Source: Eledone cirrhosa (taxonomy: Eukaryota). Taken from it: 64,000 nucleotides of DNA. The stretch lies in NCBI GenBank assembly GCA_964016885.1, contig OZ024759.1:3968001-4032000 (forward strand), in the 5' to 3' direction. Below the pieces are notes generated by a model, which saw nothing but the letters and a program-made list of their open reading frames with translations, searched no databases and had not been told where the DNA came from. Positions 1 through 12,233 of this stretch are shown here, piece after piece; within the stretch, counting starts at the first letter, position 1, and each line of letters begins with the position of its first letter. A program made the translations under genes and the position numbers.

Positions 1-49
1 AATAAATACAAACACCAAAATCTGGAGAGGGCTCAATAAGATAAGAGTT

Positions 50-3000
50 ATCATCATCATCATCATCATCGTTTAACGTCCCTGTTCCACGCTTGCATGG
101 GTTTGGACGGGAGTTTTCCGACTTGAGGCAGGAGTGGTTGTCTTGCTCGCATAGGACTGTCTGGCGGGTTTTCTACAGCTGGATGCCCTTCCTAACACCA
201 ACCACATTTACAGTGTGGGGCTGGGAGGTTTTTACCGTGTTGCCTACACGGCCACATTACAGCGTGGACTGTGTTTTTTTGTCGTGACACCTACACGATC
301 TCATTTGTTTCGGCCTGGATGTTGTGGTACCAACATAACTTTACATGGAAAGGGGCGGTGTGGATGGGGTGGGGGTGTGGGTAGTGGGTGAATTTTGTTA
401 GATATGCCTACTGACTGTAGTAGGTTTTACTTTGTATTTAGGTAAGGCGGGTCTTCTCTATTACTGAGTACCGCCAAAGGTCTCGGTCCAGTGACATTGT
501 CTTGGAGAGGTGTAAGTGTGTGAGGTCGGAATTTATCAGCTCGTCCCAGGTTTTTCTGGGTCTGCCTACTCCGTGGCTACCGTCTATCTTTATTGCCCTG
601 CACTTTGTTATACAGTTGTCGTTTTTCATGCGCATCACGTGACCATACCAACGTAGCCTTCTCTCGAGTAAACAACATCTGATCCCTCTTATTTCTAATT
701 TTTTCCTTAGTTCGTTTATGCTCTGCCGTTCACGTATATTACTATTACACATCCAGCGGAGCATGCAAGCTTCGTTCCTCTCTAGTCTGCGTATATCCTC
801 TGCACACAATGCCCAGGTCTCACTGCCATGCAACATTGCTGTTCGTATGCAGGCATTATACAACCTGCCTTTCATTCTTAGGGAGAACCCTTTAGCGGCT
901 AATAGTGGTTGTAGCGGTTGTCTCCCTTGTTGTGACTCACAACCCCAATAGATTAACAACATCTAGACGGGAAGTAGAACCCTTTCTGTAACTTCTGGTC
1001 AGAACCCTATAAAACTAACAACTTTAAGTTCTCATTCTCTCATTTGCCCTTCCAGCGCCTGGCCTTCGCCAGGCGTCTCGCCTTTACCAGGCGTCTCGCC
1101 TTTGCCTGGCAATCAAAACGGTAACTACTAACTTTGCTTCATTCTATCATCTATTTCTTTGACATGTCAACTATACTGTTCTATATATATCCATGATTGT
1201 TAATTAAATATTATACACACAAACCATGTCTCCTTGTTACATTCATACAACCCAGTATCTACGCTATATGGTATAAGCTCTCTGAACTTTTTCCATCCAG
1301 TTCTGACTCTAGCTACTGTATTTACAGAGCACCCTCCCCCACTGCTGATTTTGTCACCCAGGTAACGGAAGCTGTCCACTATTTCTATAGAACCCTCTGC
1401 GCAATTGAAAGAGCTAGTATTCTGTGGGCACTTGCTGCTACTTATTGCACCAGAGCACCGGCCACATGTAAAATCTATGTTCTTAGTAAGCTTACCTGTG
1501 ATCCCACTACATCTTTTATGCATCCATACTTTGCATTTGGGACATAAAATGGAGTTTCTACCTACGCCTTTCCTACACACTGAGCATGGCCACTTCCCGG
1601 AAGGGACCGCCGCCTTATTTTCTTTCTTACAAACTAGAACTTTAGTCTTAGCCAGGTTAATTTTAAGGCCTTTTGATTCTAGGCCATGTTTGGAATTTCT
1701 TCTCTAGCTCGGCCATTGATTCAGCTATGAGCGTTAGATCATCTGCGTATAGGAGTTCCTATGGGCAGCCGGTCTTGAACTCCTCTGTTATAGCCTGAAG
1801 GACAATAATAAATAGTAGGGGGCTAAGAACAGAGCCTTGATGGACACCAACTTTTACGCTAAACTCTTCACTATATTTGTTGTTAATTCTAACCTTACTG
1901 ACTGTTTCTTTATACATGGCTTGTATAGCTCTCACAAGCCATTCATAAACACCGAGTTTTCTAAGAGCCCACCAGATAATGGAATGGGGGACTCTGTCGA
2001 AGGCTTTCTCCAAGTCGACAAAAGCTAAGTATAGGGGTTTACTTTTAGCTAGGTACTTCTCCTGTAGTTGTCGTACAATGAAAAGAGCGTCTGTGGTACT
2101 TTTGCCTGACACAAACCCGAACTGCATTTCATCTAGATCAATTCTCTCTCTGATTAGTTGCGCTATTACTTTTTCTGTGACCTTCATGACCTGGTCGATT
2201 AATTTAATGCCTCTATAGTTACTCCTATCTAGGGCATCTCCTTTACCCTTGTAACAGTTAATGATGCTGCTGCTACGCCAGTCCTTCGGAACAACCCCAT
2301 TCTGTACGACTTGGTTTACTATCCGGGTGACCATGGTGTGTCCCACCGTTCCAGATGCCTTCAGTATCTCAGCAACTATTTCCGAAGGCCCAGCCGCCTT
2401 ACCCGTCTTCATATCTTTGATTGCCTTACTTATTATACTACCCTCGACTAACACTGCTGGTCCCTCTATTGGATCGATGTGGGGGAGACTGTCTTTCTCC
2501 CATTTATTCTCCTCATTTAGTAGCCTTTCGTAGTGACACTTCCAAGCTACCTTCTTATCAGCATCGGTGATGGCAAGTACGCCATCATCATTAAGTACAC
2601 ACTTCTCCCCAACGATATCACGGTTTTCCTTGACACATTGCCTAGCAATCCTGAACACCTCACGTTTTTGGTCCTCGCATTGTAGTACATGCTTGGACTT
2701 TCTTTCCTCTGCTTCCCTTCTTTCGAAGTACACTTGTCTCCTAGCTTCCCTCCTGGCCACTTGATAGTTTTCTCTACTTCCCCATCCCGCCATACTTTCC
2801 AAGCCTGCTTTTTGGCCTTAATTGACCCCTCTACCTTACTGTTCCACCACCATGTTACTCTCCTCCTGCCTACAGGCCTGCTCCAGCCACAGACTTCATC
2901 TGCCGCCATCAGCAGGTTTGCTTTCAGGAATTCCCACTGTTCCTCTATATTGTACGACTCTAATTGCTCTTCCTTACTGTCGAAAGCATCAAGTAATATG

Positions 3001-3958
3001 CTTTTAAATTTATTTCTGGCTGTGGGGTCCTTTAGCTTCCATATTTTCCTCCTGAGGATAGTCCTCTTCTGCTGTCTAGTACGTCTCGTCCTGACTATTA
3101 GGTCGCTAATTATCAGTCTATGTTGGGACGTGCATTCTTCATGGGGGAGGGATTTAGTGTTTACAACAGACACTCTGTCACGTCTTCTGGTAAGGATATA
3201 ATCTACCTGGCTTGTGTGTTCCCCCGATCTATAGGTGATCAGGTGATTGTCTCGTTTTTTGAAGTTAGTGTTACAGATAGTTAGGTTATTTGCGTCACAG
3301 AATTCCAGGATTCTGGAGCCTTCCACATTTCTAGTACCAAACCCATAGCCTCCATGGATTCCGTCGTAGCCGTCACAATGTTGTCCAACGTGACCATTTA
3401 GGTCGCCTGCAATAATTATATAGTCACTGTCAGATATTTGGGAGGTAGTTAGCAACAGTGTCTCATAGAATCTGTCTTTTATAGAGCCAGGCAGTCTGGA
3501 TTGGGGTGCGTACGCAGATATTACTGTCACCGTAGTTCTATTGAGGACAAGTCTTATTTTAATTATTCTGTCGTTCACTATATTTACGTCTATTATCTTA
3601 TCTGCCCACTTTTCTGCTACCATGATTCCTACCCCACCCAGCCTATTGTCATTTCCCACCCAGAAAAGCTTATAGCATCGTTTTTTACCCACAATGAATC
3701 TAGCAGACCCACCCTCCACCTGGTCTCTTGGATACAGCAAACATCAACCTCCTTACGTTCAAGCATTTCTACAACCTCGTTGGAGCGACCCTTTAAGGTG
3801 CCTACATTCATGGTACCAACTCTGAAGTTTTGGATTGCGTTTGGTGGGTGGGAGCGGTGGGGCACGGGGGGAGATGGGGTTATGTTAGCCATCCGCGGCC
3901 GAAACAAAGAGGAGGAGTGCTCGCATTCTCGTCCACGAGGTGAATGAGGTGAATTTGT

Positions 3959-3962
<4 letters not shown>
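50..3962 (-). mobile_element. Full-length RTE-clade LINE (APE endonuclease + RT with internal Cys-rich finger), frameshifted, interrupted by a solo LTR
   Basis: APE motifs GTMNVGT, CIQETRW, SAYAPQ, AGDLNGH, QVDYIL, SQHRL; RT motifs FVDLEKAFD, GVHQGSVLSP, LLYADDL; C-terminal WYGHVMR; 3' UTR ends in (GAT)n at ~50-70. The 5' end AAGACAAATTCACC is shared with the copy at 25941. Confidence 0.93.
910..1268 (+). mobile_element. Solo LTR inserted in the RTE ORF
   Basis: 4-bp TSD TGGT at 906-909 and 1269-1272; termini TGTAGCG...CGCTATA (inverted repeat, CA->TA); TATA-like CTATAAAA ~1007 and ATTAAA ~1203. Removing it restores the RTE frame ELIP/LLAAKGF. Confidence 0.85.
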
Positions 3963-4014
<52 letters not shown>

Positions 4015-4575
4015 TCAATACATAAACAGAGAAAGCCTTAAGCGATACTCTGACCAACACCATCTCACTCAACAAACATTAGATATACCTAAGTATTTTC
4101 CTAATTTAGTGTTTGGGGTGCTAACTAATCAGTATTTCGTGGATAGCTGGTTGTATTATTTTATATGAGACATTATTAAATAAATATCTCTTTCCTTCCA
4201 GACGGCCGTTTCTTTATAAGATTTCTACAATTTGGGATAAATAATTTCCAGGTTATGTAGAAACTTGTATATAATCCATAGTTTTATACACAAGCGGGCT
4301 CTTATAAACTCATCAGTGGATGCCCAAATAATATCGATATAAGAATTATATCGACATTAATAGATTAGTGATGGTCTCCCTCAGCGCTGAGAAGATCCAG
4401 CGCTTAGAAAATCCAGCAGTCCTCTCAAAGATAAAATACACGCTGTCCCCAAGAGGGTAAAGGGAGGTCATCTTAAAATAAAACAATATACACGCTGGTC
4501 ATTTAAACCTGTTAGGTATTAACCACGTGTATAAGAACTCAATTGGATATTAAAAGAATAACCATATGTATAGAC
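4015..4575 (-). mobile_element. Non-coding Penelope-like LTR (pLTR)-type repeat carrying a hammerhead ribozyme
   Basis: Homologous over >300 bp to 60790-61358 (+); flanked by (TA)n; contains the HHR core. Confidence 0.6.
4197..4320 (-). ncRNA. Type I hammerhead ribozyme motif with extended (97-nt) stem II
   Basis: Minus strand TCCA-CTGATGA-g tttataaga...tcttataaa-GAAA-CGGCCG-TC-TGGA: stem I TCCA/TGGA, palindromic stem III, GUC cleavage triplet. Confidence 0.7.
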
Positions 4576-4578
4576 AAT

Positions 4579-4622
<44 letters not shown>

Positions 4623-4674
4623 TATATATATATAAATAAATCTATAGAGCAAATATTTCTAATATTTCAGATCA

Positions 4675-4838
4675 GTGGTTGGCGTTGGGAAGGGCATCCA
4701 GCCGTAAAAAAACAGTCAGAAACTCTCGTATATGAGCGAGACATGGTCACCCGACCCAACATGCCTCTAAATGGGACAACCCTGTCTAACCCAAGCTAGC
4801 ATGGAAGATAGATGTTAATTGATGATGATGATGATGAT
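4675..4838 (+). mobile_element. RTE 3'-tail / SINE fragment
   Basis: AAGGGCATCCAGCCGTA...CTAACCC...GCATGGAA...(GAT)n matches the RTE 3' UTR at 29290-29448. Confidence 0.7.
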
Positions 4839-4872
4839 ACATATATATATATAGCTACATTACACCACTTAC

Positions 4873-5010
4873 CTGTCTGACAGTTGCTACCTTCATAACC
4901 AGCAGTACACCCTCCACTGTAACACACACCTGTCTCTGTGTTACATTTGCTGTTGTCTGCACAGTGACAATTTCTACTACAGCTGGGACCAAACTTTCCT
5001 ACAGGACACA
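4873..5010 (-). pseudogene. EGF-like exon of the EGF/F-type-lectin gene; acceptor reads GG instead of AG
   Basis: [45 protein letters not shown]; 138 nt, phase 1-1; donor G|GTAAGT; acceptor TTTTCTATGG. Confidence 0.8.
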
Positions 5011-5098
5011 CCATAGAAAATATTTAAAATTCACTTCTAATATTCACTCACTTTTTTCAGGTAACATGTTTGATGTTTGTAAAACCTATGAAGACCTG

Positions 5099-5161
<63 letters not shown>

Positions 5162-5313
5162 TATACATATATATATATATTAACATATATATATATATAT
5201 ATACACATATATATACATATATATATACACATATATATATACATATATACTGAAGTAAAAGTTAAGTGGAAATATCCAAGAGTAAGAGCACTCAGTCCAT
5301 AGGACGAGTTTAG

Positions 5314-5493
5314 TATAAATAATTACAACAGTGACATAAACAGGTACTCAAGTTTGAATGGGTTCTGGGCCCCAATTTCTTCAGCCTGTCATGAGATGTT
5401 TTCCATTTTCCTCATGACAGGCTGAAGAAATTTGGGGCCGAGAACCCAACGAAACTTGAGTACCTGTTTATGTCACTGTTGTAATTATTTATA
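5314..5493. repeat. Inverted repeat (~82-bp arms) made of two opposed hammerhead motifs
   Basis: Arms are near-perfect reverse complements around a ~15-bp loop at ~5396-5410. Confidence 0.85.
5416..5468 (+). ncRNA. Minimal type I hammerhead ribozyme motif
   Basis: GACAGG-CTGAAGA-aatttggggccgagaacccaac-GAAA-CTTGAG-TA-CCTGTT; the mirror copy at 5339-5391 (-) has GAAA->CAAA. Confidence 0.65.
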
Positions 5494-5495
5494 TC

Positions 5496-5534
<39 letters not shown>

Positions 5535-5641
5535 AATTAATTAAATTAAATTAAATTAGATTAAGGGAGTCATGTCCAAGACATGCGCCATATCCACCGA
5601 AGAATAAGCTCAAAGATTTCAATGAATAGATCCGAGCAGTT

Positions 5642-5969
5642 TATATCAACTAGAAATAGATTGACATATATATATATTTAAAATAAACACATGAAACAAT
5701 CACAGGGGATAATTTGTAAAGTGTGTAATCACACATAGCTAGGTAGGTAACTAATTAAAGTTTAACTAGAGCTTCAAATATTTCCTTTTTAAAAAATTAA
5801 TCATTTTTTTATTATTTTTTAAAAAGGTAATATTTGAAGCTCTAGTTAAACTTTAATTAGTTACCTACCTAGCTATGTGTGATTACACACTTTACAAATT
5901 ATCCCCTGTCATTGTTTCATGTGTTTATTTTAAATATATATCTATGTCAATCTATTTCTAGTTGATATA
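5642..5969. repeat. Long inverted repeat (~158-bp arms)
   Basis: 5642-5800 is the reverse complement of ~5812-5969 with few mismatches. Confidence 0.9.
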
Positions 5970-6304
5970 TATATATATATATATCCAGGGAGTGTAACAT
6001 GAAGTTACTGTAGGTTCACCCAGGTGAGCACTCAATCTTTAGATTCTCGTCCGTCATTACAACAGCAGAGGTCCGACGACCTTTTGATTCCTCAGTCTGG
6101 CTAGATCAATACTGATCAAACTTTGAGCTGAGCAATAGCAAAACGTGCATCACCAATCAATAAACGTAATGAAGGCTTAACAAATCGTCATTGTATTATT
6201 ATTATTATACACACACACACACATATATATGTATATATAAATATATATATATTTATATATATATCACAGAAAAAAAGATAGGAAAATCTGCTTCATAGAA
6301 TCAA

Positions 6305-6400
6305 GACGTATCTGAGGACCTTGCGATTTTCAAAGTCAGGTTTGATCATCACATCGATCGTGCCTCGAGCTGGTCGCCAGAGAAACAATTGTAATATGTC
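6305..6400 (+). ncRNA. Type I hammerhead ribozyme motif
   Basis: GACGTAT-CTGAGGA-(63 nt)-GAAA-CAATTG-TA-ATATGTC; 7-bp stem I, palindromic stem III, GUA triplet. Confidence 0.65.
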
Positions 6401-6636
6401 CAATAAATTCCATTCGTCGCAACACTGATTCCCTTTTTTTCTGTGATATCATATTCTGCTCTATGAGAGCATTGAGTGCTCAAATGGCCTACCTCATACG
6501 GACACTTTAAGCATCCAACACCAATTATATATATATATATATATACACACACACATATATATATACACACCCACACACATATATATATATACACATATGT
6601 ATACACACACATATATATATATATATATATACACAC

Positions 6637-7893
6637 ATCATCATCATCAGGTCGAGCTTGCTCGGCCTTCTACGACACGTTTCCTCCATCCATCTCTGTC
6701 TCTCATAGCGTTTGCCAGTTCTTCCACAGTGCATCCAGTATCGTCCTCAAGTTGCTAGACGTATGTCTTCTTGGGACGACCAGCGTTTCTTGCTCCAAGA
6801 GATGGACTCCATAACAACACATCACCTGCTATTTCTTCCTTGCTGCGCCAACAGTGGCCAGCAAATCTGAGTATCTGTCCACATATTGACCTCCTGATAG
6901 GTGGTATATTGCCATAGAGATCCTTATTTGTTGGGTGTTCCCTCCAAGACACATTTAAAGCAGCGTGGGGCATACGTGTGTATGCCCCGTCTAGCTTTTT
7001 CTCCAGTTTTGACGTTAGCGTCCAAGTGATAGAGCCATAAACAAGCACAGATTCCACAGCAGCTCTGAAGAAATTCCTTTTCAGTTTGACCAGCAGGTTT
7101 GATTTCTATATCTTCTCCATTGCATTCAATGCTCCCCGGGCTTTTCCCAGTCTGATGTTAACATCATGTTCTGTGGAGATGATATAGCTACCCAGGTATT
7201 TGAAGTCGTCAACTTGCTTGATTATATCACCGTTTAGACTTCGCATACCAACTGAGGAGTCTTGGTTCAGGCAAATATATTCTGTTTTGCCTGTCTTGAC
7301 ATAGAGTTGGATTTCCTTTGCAACTGATTCGATGCTGTGAAGTAGTGATGTTGCATCCTTAAGGTAGTCAGCGAGGACCGCTAAATCATCCACATAGTCA
7401 GCATCGGTGATTTTCTGAGCTGCATGGCGTCTACACTTTCGTTTTGTGAGAGTGAAACCAAGCTCTAAGTTTTCGTCCAGGGCTTTTCTCAATACATAGT
7501 CGAGGCAGATGATAAAAATGTATGGTGCAAGTGTATCCCCTTGGAGTACTCCTGCAATGATGTCAAAGAAGTTGGTATCTCCATCAGGTGAGCGCACCAT
7601 TGCGCAGGTGTTTTTATATAACATCATGATGGCATTTACTGTTTCCCTTGGCAAGCCGTAGGCTAGAAGTATCTCTCTCATCCTCCCACGATGGATGGAA
7701 TCGAATGCTTTTGAAAAGTCAATAAACAGGAGAGTTGCTGGGAGGTTTGGGCTTTTACACCTTCCAAGATACGCCGAATAGTAAGTATTTGCCCTGATGT
7801 TGATCTGTTGGTGCGGAAGCCCTTTTGGTTTTTTCTCAGCAAGGGGTCAATGACAGGTCTTATTCTGTCAAACAGCATGAGATTGTATATCTT
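6637..7893 (-). mobile_element. 5'-truncated RTE-like LINE (second family), RT C-terminal half
   Basis: [45 protein letters not shown]; (GAT)n tail at ~6637. Confidence 0.88.
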
Positions 7894-7988
7894 TGCGTGT
7901 GTGTATATATATACACACACGCACACATATATATGTATATACACACACACATATATATATACTGTAATATACATCATAATATACATAC

Positions 7989-8122
7989 CGTGGTGACAGT
8001 CAGGTCCCTGGTAACTGGGTTGACAACCTCCACTGGAACACACACCTGTGATGAAGTTGTGGTGACATCAGCACAGTGGCAGGTTTCTTTACAGTTGAGG
8101 CCGTAGTTACCTTGACGACACT
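7989..8122 (-). pseudogene. EGF-like exon with a 4-bp frameshifting deletion
   Basis: CRQGNYGLNCKETCHCADVT/-/NFITGVCSSGGCQPSYQGPDCHH; 134 nt versus 138 nt in sister exons; one Cys codon missing; donor G|GTATGT; weak GAG acceptor. Confidence 0.8.
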
Positions 8123-8137
8123 CTCAAATATTGGACA

Positions 8138-8488
8138 TTATGTACCAACATCACCATCACCACCATCAACATCACCATCACCACCACCATTGTCCTCCTC
8201 ACCACCACCACCAACATCACCACCATCACCATCACCACCACCACCAACATCACCACCACCATCAACATCACCATCATCACCATCAACATCACCACCATCA
8301 CCACCATCATCATCACCACCATCATTATCACCATCACCATCATGACCACCACCATCAACATTATCACCATCATCACCATCACTACCACCATCATCAGCAT
8401 CATTCTTATCACCATCACCACCATCACCATTGTCCTCCTCATCACCACCACCACCACCACCACCACCATCATCATCACCACCACCATC
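8138..8488. repeat. (CAC/CAT)n trinucleotide microsatellite
   Basis: About 350 bp of CAC/CAT/CAA triplets. Confidence 0.95.
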
Positions 8489-8489
8489 T

Positions 8490-11400
8490 GGGAGATCAAA
8501 AATACTGTTGTGGTCCCATTCCATTACTTCACCAATCTTGTAGACCCTAAATATTGTAATGGTCACTGTCCCTTCTCTTCCACCAACCTGAGAGACCCTA
8601 AATACTGTTGTGGTCCATGTCCCTTCTCTTCCACCAATCTGGGAGTCACTAAATACTGTCATGGTTCCTGTTCCTCCCTCCAGTAATCTTGGAGACCCTA
8701 AATACTGTTGTAGTACCTTCCCATTCCTTCCACTAATTTTGGAGACCCTAAATATTGCAATGGTTACTGTCCCTTCCTTCCTTTCATTCAATCTAGTGGA
8801 TCCTAAATACTGTTCTGGTCCCTGTTCCTTCTCTTCCACCAATCAGTGAGTCCCTAAATACTGTCATGGTTCCTGTCCCTTACTTCTCTTCCACCAATCA
8901 GTGAGTCCCTTAATACTGCCGTAGACCCTGTCTCTTCTCTTCCACCAATCAGTGAGTCCCTTAATACTGTTGTGGTCCCTGTCTCTTCTCTTCCACCAAT
9001 CAGTGAGTCCCTTAATACTGTTGTGGTCCCTGTCTCTTCTCTTCCACCAATCAGTGAGTCCCTTAATACTGTTGTGGTCCCTGTCTCTTCTCTTCCACCA
9101 ATCAGTGAGTCCCTAAATACTATCATGGTCCCTGTCTCTTCTCTTCCACCAATCAGTGAGTCCCTAAATACTGTCATGGTCCCTGTCTCTTCTCTTCCAC
9201 CAATCAGTGAGTCCCTAAATACTATCATGGTCTCTGTCTCTTCTCTTCCACCAATCAGTGAGTCCCTTAATACTGTCGTGGTCCCTGTCTCTTCTCTTCT
9301 ACCAATCAGTGAGTCTCTTAATATTGTCGTGGTCCCTGTCTCTTCTCTTCCACCAATCAGTGAGTCCCTAAATACTGTCGTGGTCCCTGTCTCTTCTCTT
9401 CCACCAATCAGTGAGTCCCTTAATACTGTCGTGGTCCCTGTTTCTTCTCTTCCACCAATCAGTGAGTCCCTAAATACTGTCGTGGTCCCTGTCTCTTCTC
9501 TTCCACCAATCAGTGAGTCCCTTAATACTGTTGTGGTCCCTGTCTCTTCTCTTCCACCAATCAGTGAGTCACTAAATACTGTCGTGGTCCCTGTCTCTTC
9601 TCTTCCACCAATCAGTGAGTCCCTTAATACTGTCGTGGTCCCTGTCTCTTCTCTTCCACCAATCAGTGAGTCCCTAAATACTGTCGTGGTCCCTGTCTCT
9701 TCTCTTCCACCAATCAGTGAGTCCCTTAATACTGTCGTGATCCCTGTCTCTTCTCTTCCACCAATCAGTGAGTCCCTTAATACTGTCGTGGTCCCTGTCT
9801 CTTCTCTTCCACCAATCAGTGAGTCCCTTAATACTGTCGTGGTCCCTGTCTCTTCTCTTCCACCAATCAGTGAGTCACTAAATACTGTCGTGGTCCCTGA
9901 CTCTTCTCTTCCACCAATCAGTGAGTCCCTAAATACTATCATGGTCCTTGTCTCTTCTCTTCCACCAATCAGTGAGTCCCTTAATACTGTTGTGGTCCCT
10001 GTCTCTTCTCTTCCACCAATCAGTGAGTCCCTTAATACTGTCGTGGTCCCTGTCTCTTCTCTTCCACCAATCAGTGAGTCCCTAAATACTATCATAGTCC
10101 CTGTCACTTCTCTTCCACCAATCAGTGAGTCCCTAAATACTATCATGGTCCCTGTCTCTTCTCTTCCACCAATCAGTGAGACCCTAAATACTGTCGTGGT
10201 CCATGTCTCTTCTCTTCCACAAATCAGTGAGTCCCTTAATACTGTCGTTGTCCCTGTCTCTTCTCTTCCACCAATCAGTGAGTCCCTTAATACTGTCGTG
10301 GTCCCTGTCTCTTCTCTTCCACCAATCAGTCAGTCCCTTAATACTGTCGTGGTCCCTGTCTCTTCTCTTCCACCAATCAGTGAGTCCCATAATACTGTCG
10401 TGGTCCCTGTCTCTTCTCTTCCACCAATCAGTGAGTCCCTTAATACTGTCGTGGTCCCTGTCTCTTCTCTTCCACCAATCAGTGAGTCCCTAAATACTAT
10501 CATGGTCCCTGTCTCTTCTCTTCCACCAATCAGTGAGTCCCTAAATACTGTTGAGTTCCCTGTCTCTTCTCTTCCACCATTCAGTGAGTCCCTAAATACT
10601 GTCGTGGTCCCTGTCTCTTCTCTTCCACCAATCAGTGAGTCCCTAAATACTGTCGTGGTCCCTGTCTCTTCTCTTCCACCAATCAGTGAGTCCCTAAATA
10701 CTGTCGTGGTCCCTGTCTCTTCTCTTCCACCAATCAGTGAGTCCCTTAATACTGTCGTGATCCCTGTCTCTTCTCTTCCACCAATCAGTGAGTCCCTTAA
10801 TACTGTCGTGGTCCCTGTCTCTTCTCTTCCACCAATCAGTGAGTCCCTTAATACTGTCGTGGTCCCTGTCTCTTCTCTTCCACCAATCAGTGAGTCACTA
10901 AATACTGTCGTGGTCCCTGACTCTTCTCTTCCACCAATCAGTGAGTCCCTAAATACTATCATGGTCCTTGTCTCTTCTCTTCCACCAATCAGTGAGTCCC
11001 TTAATACTGTTGTGGTCCCTGTCTCTTCTCTTCCACCAATCAGTGAGTCCCATAATACTGTCGTGGTCCCTGTCTCTTCTCTTCCACCAATCAGTGAGTC
11101 CCTTAATACTGTCGTGGTCCCTGTCTCTTCTCTTCCACCAATCAGTGAGTCCCTAAATACTATCATGGTCCCTGTCTCTTCTCTTCCACCAATCAGTGAG
11201 TCCCTAAATACTGTTGAGTTCCCTGTCTCTTCTCTTCCACCATTCAGTGAGTCCCTAAATACTGTCGTGGTCCCTGTCTCTTCTCTTCCACCAATCAGTG
11301 AGTCCCTAAATACTGTCGTGGTCCCTGTCTCTTCTCTTCCACCAATCAGTGAGTCCCTAAATACTGTCGTGGTCCCTGTCTCTTCTCTTCCACCAATCAG

Positions 11401-12205
11401 TGAGTCCCTTAATACTGTCGTGATCCCTGTCTCTTCTCTTCCACCAATCAGTGAGTCCCTTAATACTGTCGTGGTCCCTGTCTCTTCTCTTCCACCAATC
11501 AGTGAGTCCCTTAATACTGTCGTGGTCCCTGTCTCTTCTCTTCCACCAATCAGTGAGTCACTAAATACTGTCGTGGTCCCTGACTCTTCTCTTCCACCAA
11601 TCAGTGAGTCCCTAAATACTATCATGGTCCTTGTCTCTTCTCTTCCACCAATCAGTGAGTCCCTTAATACTGTTGTGGTCCCTGTCTCTTCTCTTCCACC
11701 AATCAGTGAGTCCCTTAATACTGTCGTGGTCCCTGTCTCTTCTCTTCCACCAATCAGTGAGTCCCTAAATACTATCATAGTCCCTGTCACTTCTCTTCCA
11801 CCAATCAGTGAGTCCCTAAATACTATCATGGTCCCTGTCTCTTCTCTTCCACCAATCAGTGAGACCCTAAATACTGTCGTGGTCCCTGTCTCTTCTCTTC
11901 CACAAATCAGTGAGTCCCTAAATACTGTTGAGTTCCCTGTCTCTTCTCTTCCACCATTCAGTGAGTCCCTAAATACTGTCGTGGTCCCTGTCTCTTCTCT
12001 TCCACCAATCAGTGAGTCCCTAAATACTGTCGTGGTCCCTGTCTCTTCTCTTCCACCAATCAGTGAGTCCCTAAATACTGTCGTGGTCCCTGTCTCTTCT
12101 CTTCCACCAATCAGTGAGTCCCTTAATACTGTCGTGGTCCCTGTCTCTTCTCTTCCACCAATCAGTGAGTCCCTAAATACTATCATGGTCCCTGTCCCTT
12201 CCCTC
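8490..12205. repeat. 51-bp intronic minisatellite (~70 units) with higher-order structure
   Basis: Unit CCACCAATCAGTGAGTCCCTAAATACTGTCGTGGTCCCTGTCTCTTCTCTT; degenerate units at 8490-8850. Confidence 0.97.
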
Positions 12206-12233
12206 TCTAAAGGGTAAACAGATAAAAACTTAC

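Noticed and set aside
6020-6100. CTGAGGA on the minus strand as another hammerhead (also ~60925)
   Set aside because: No properly placed GAAA, stem III and stem I partner were found.
8107-8842. Poly-His, poly-Gly/Asp and poly-Val/Met ORFs
   Set aside because: Translations of a CAC/CAT microsatellite.
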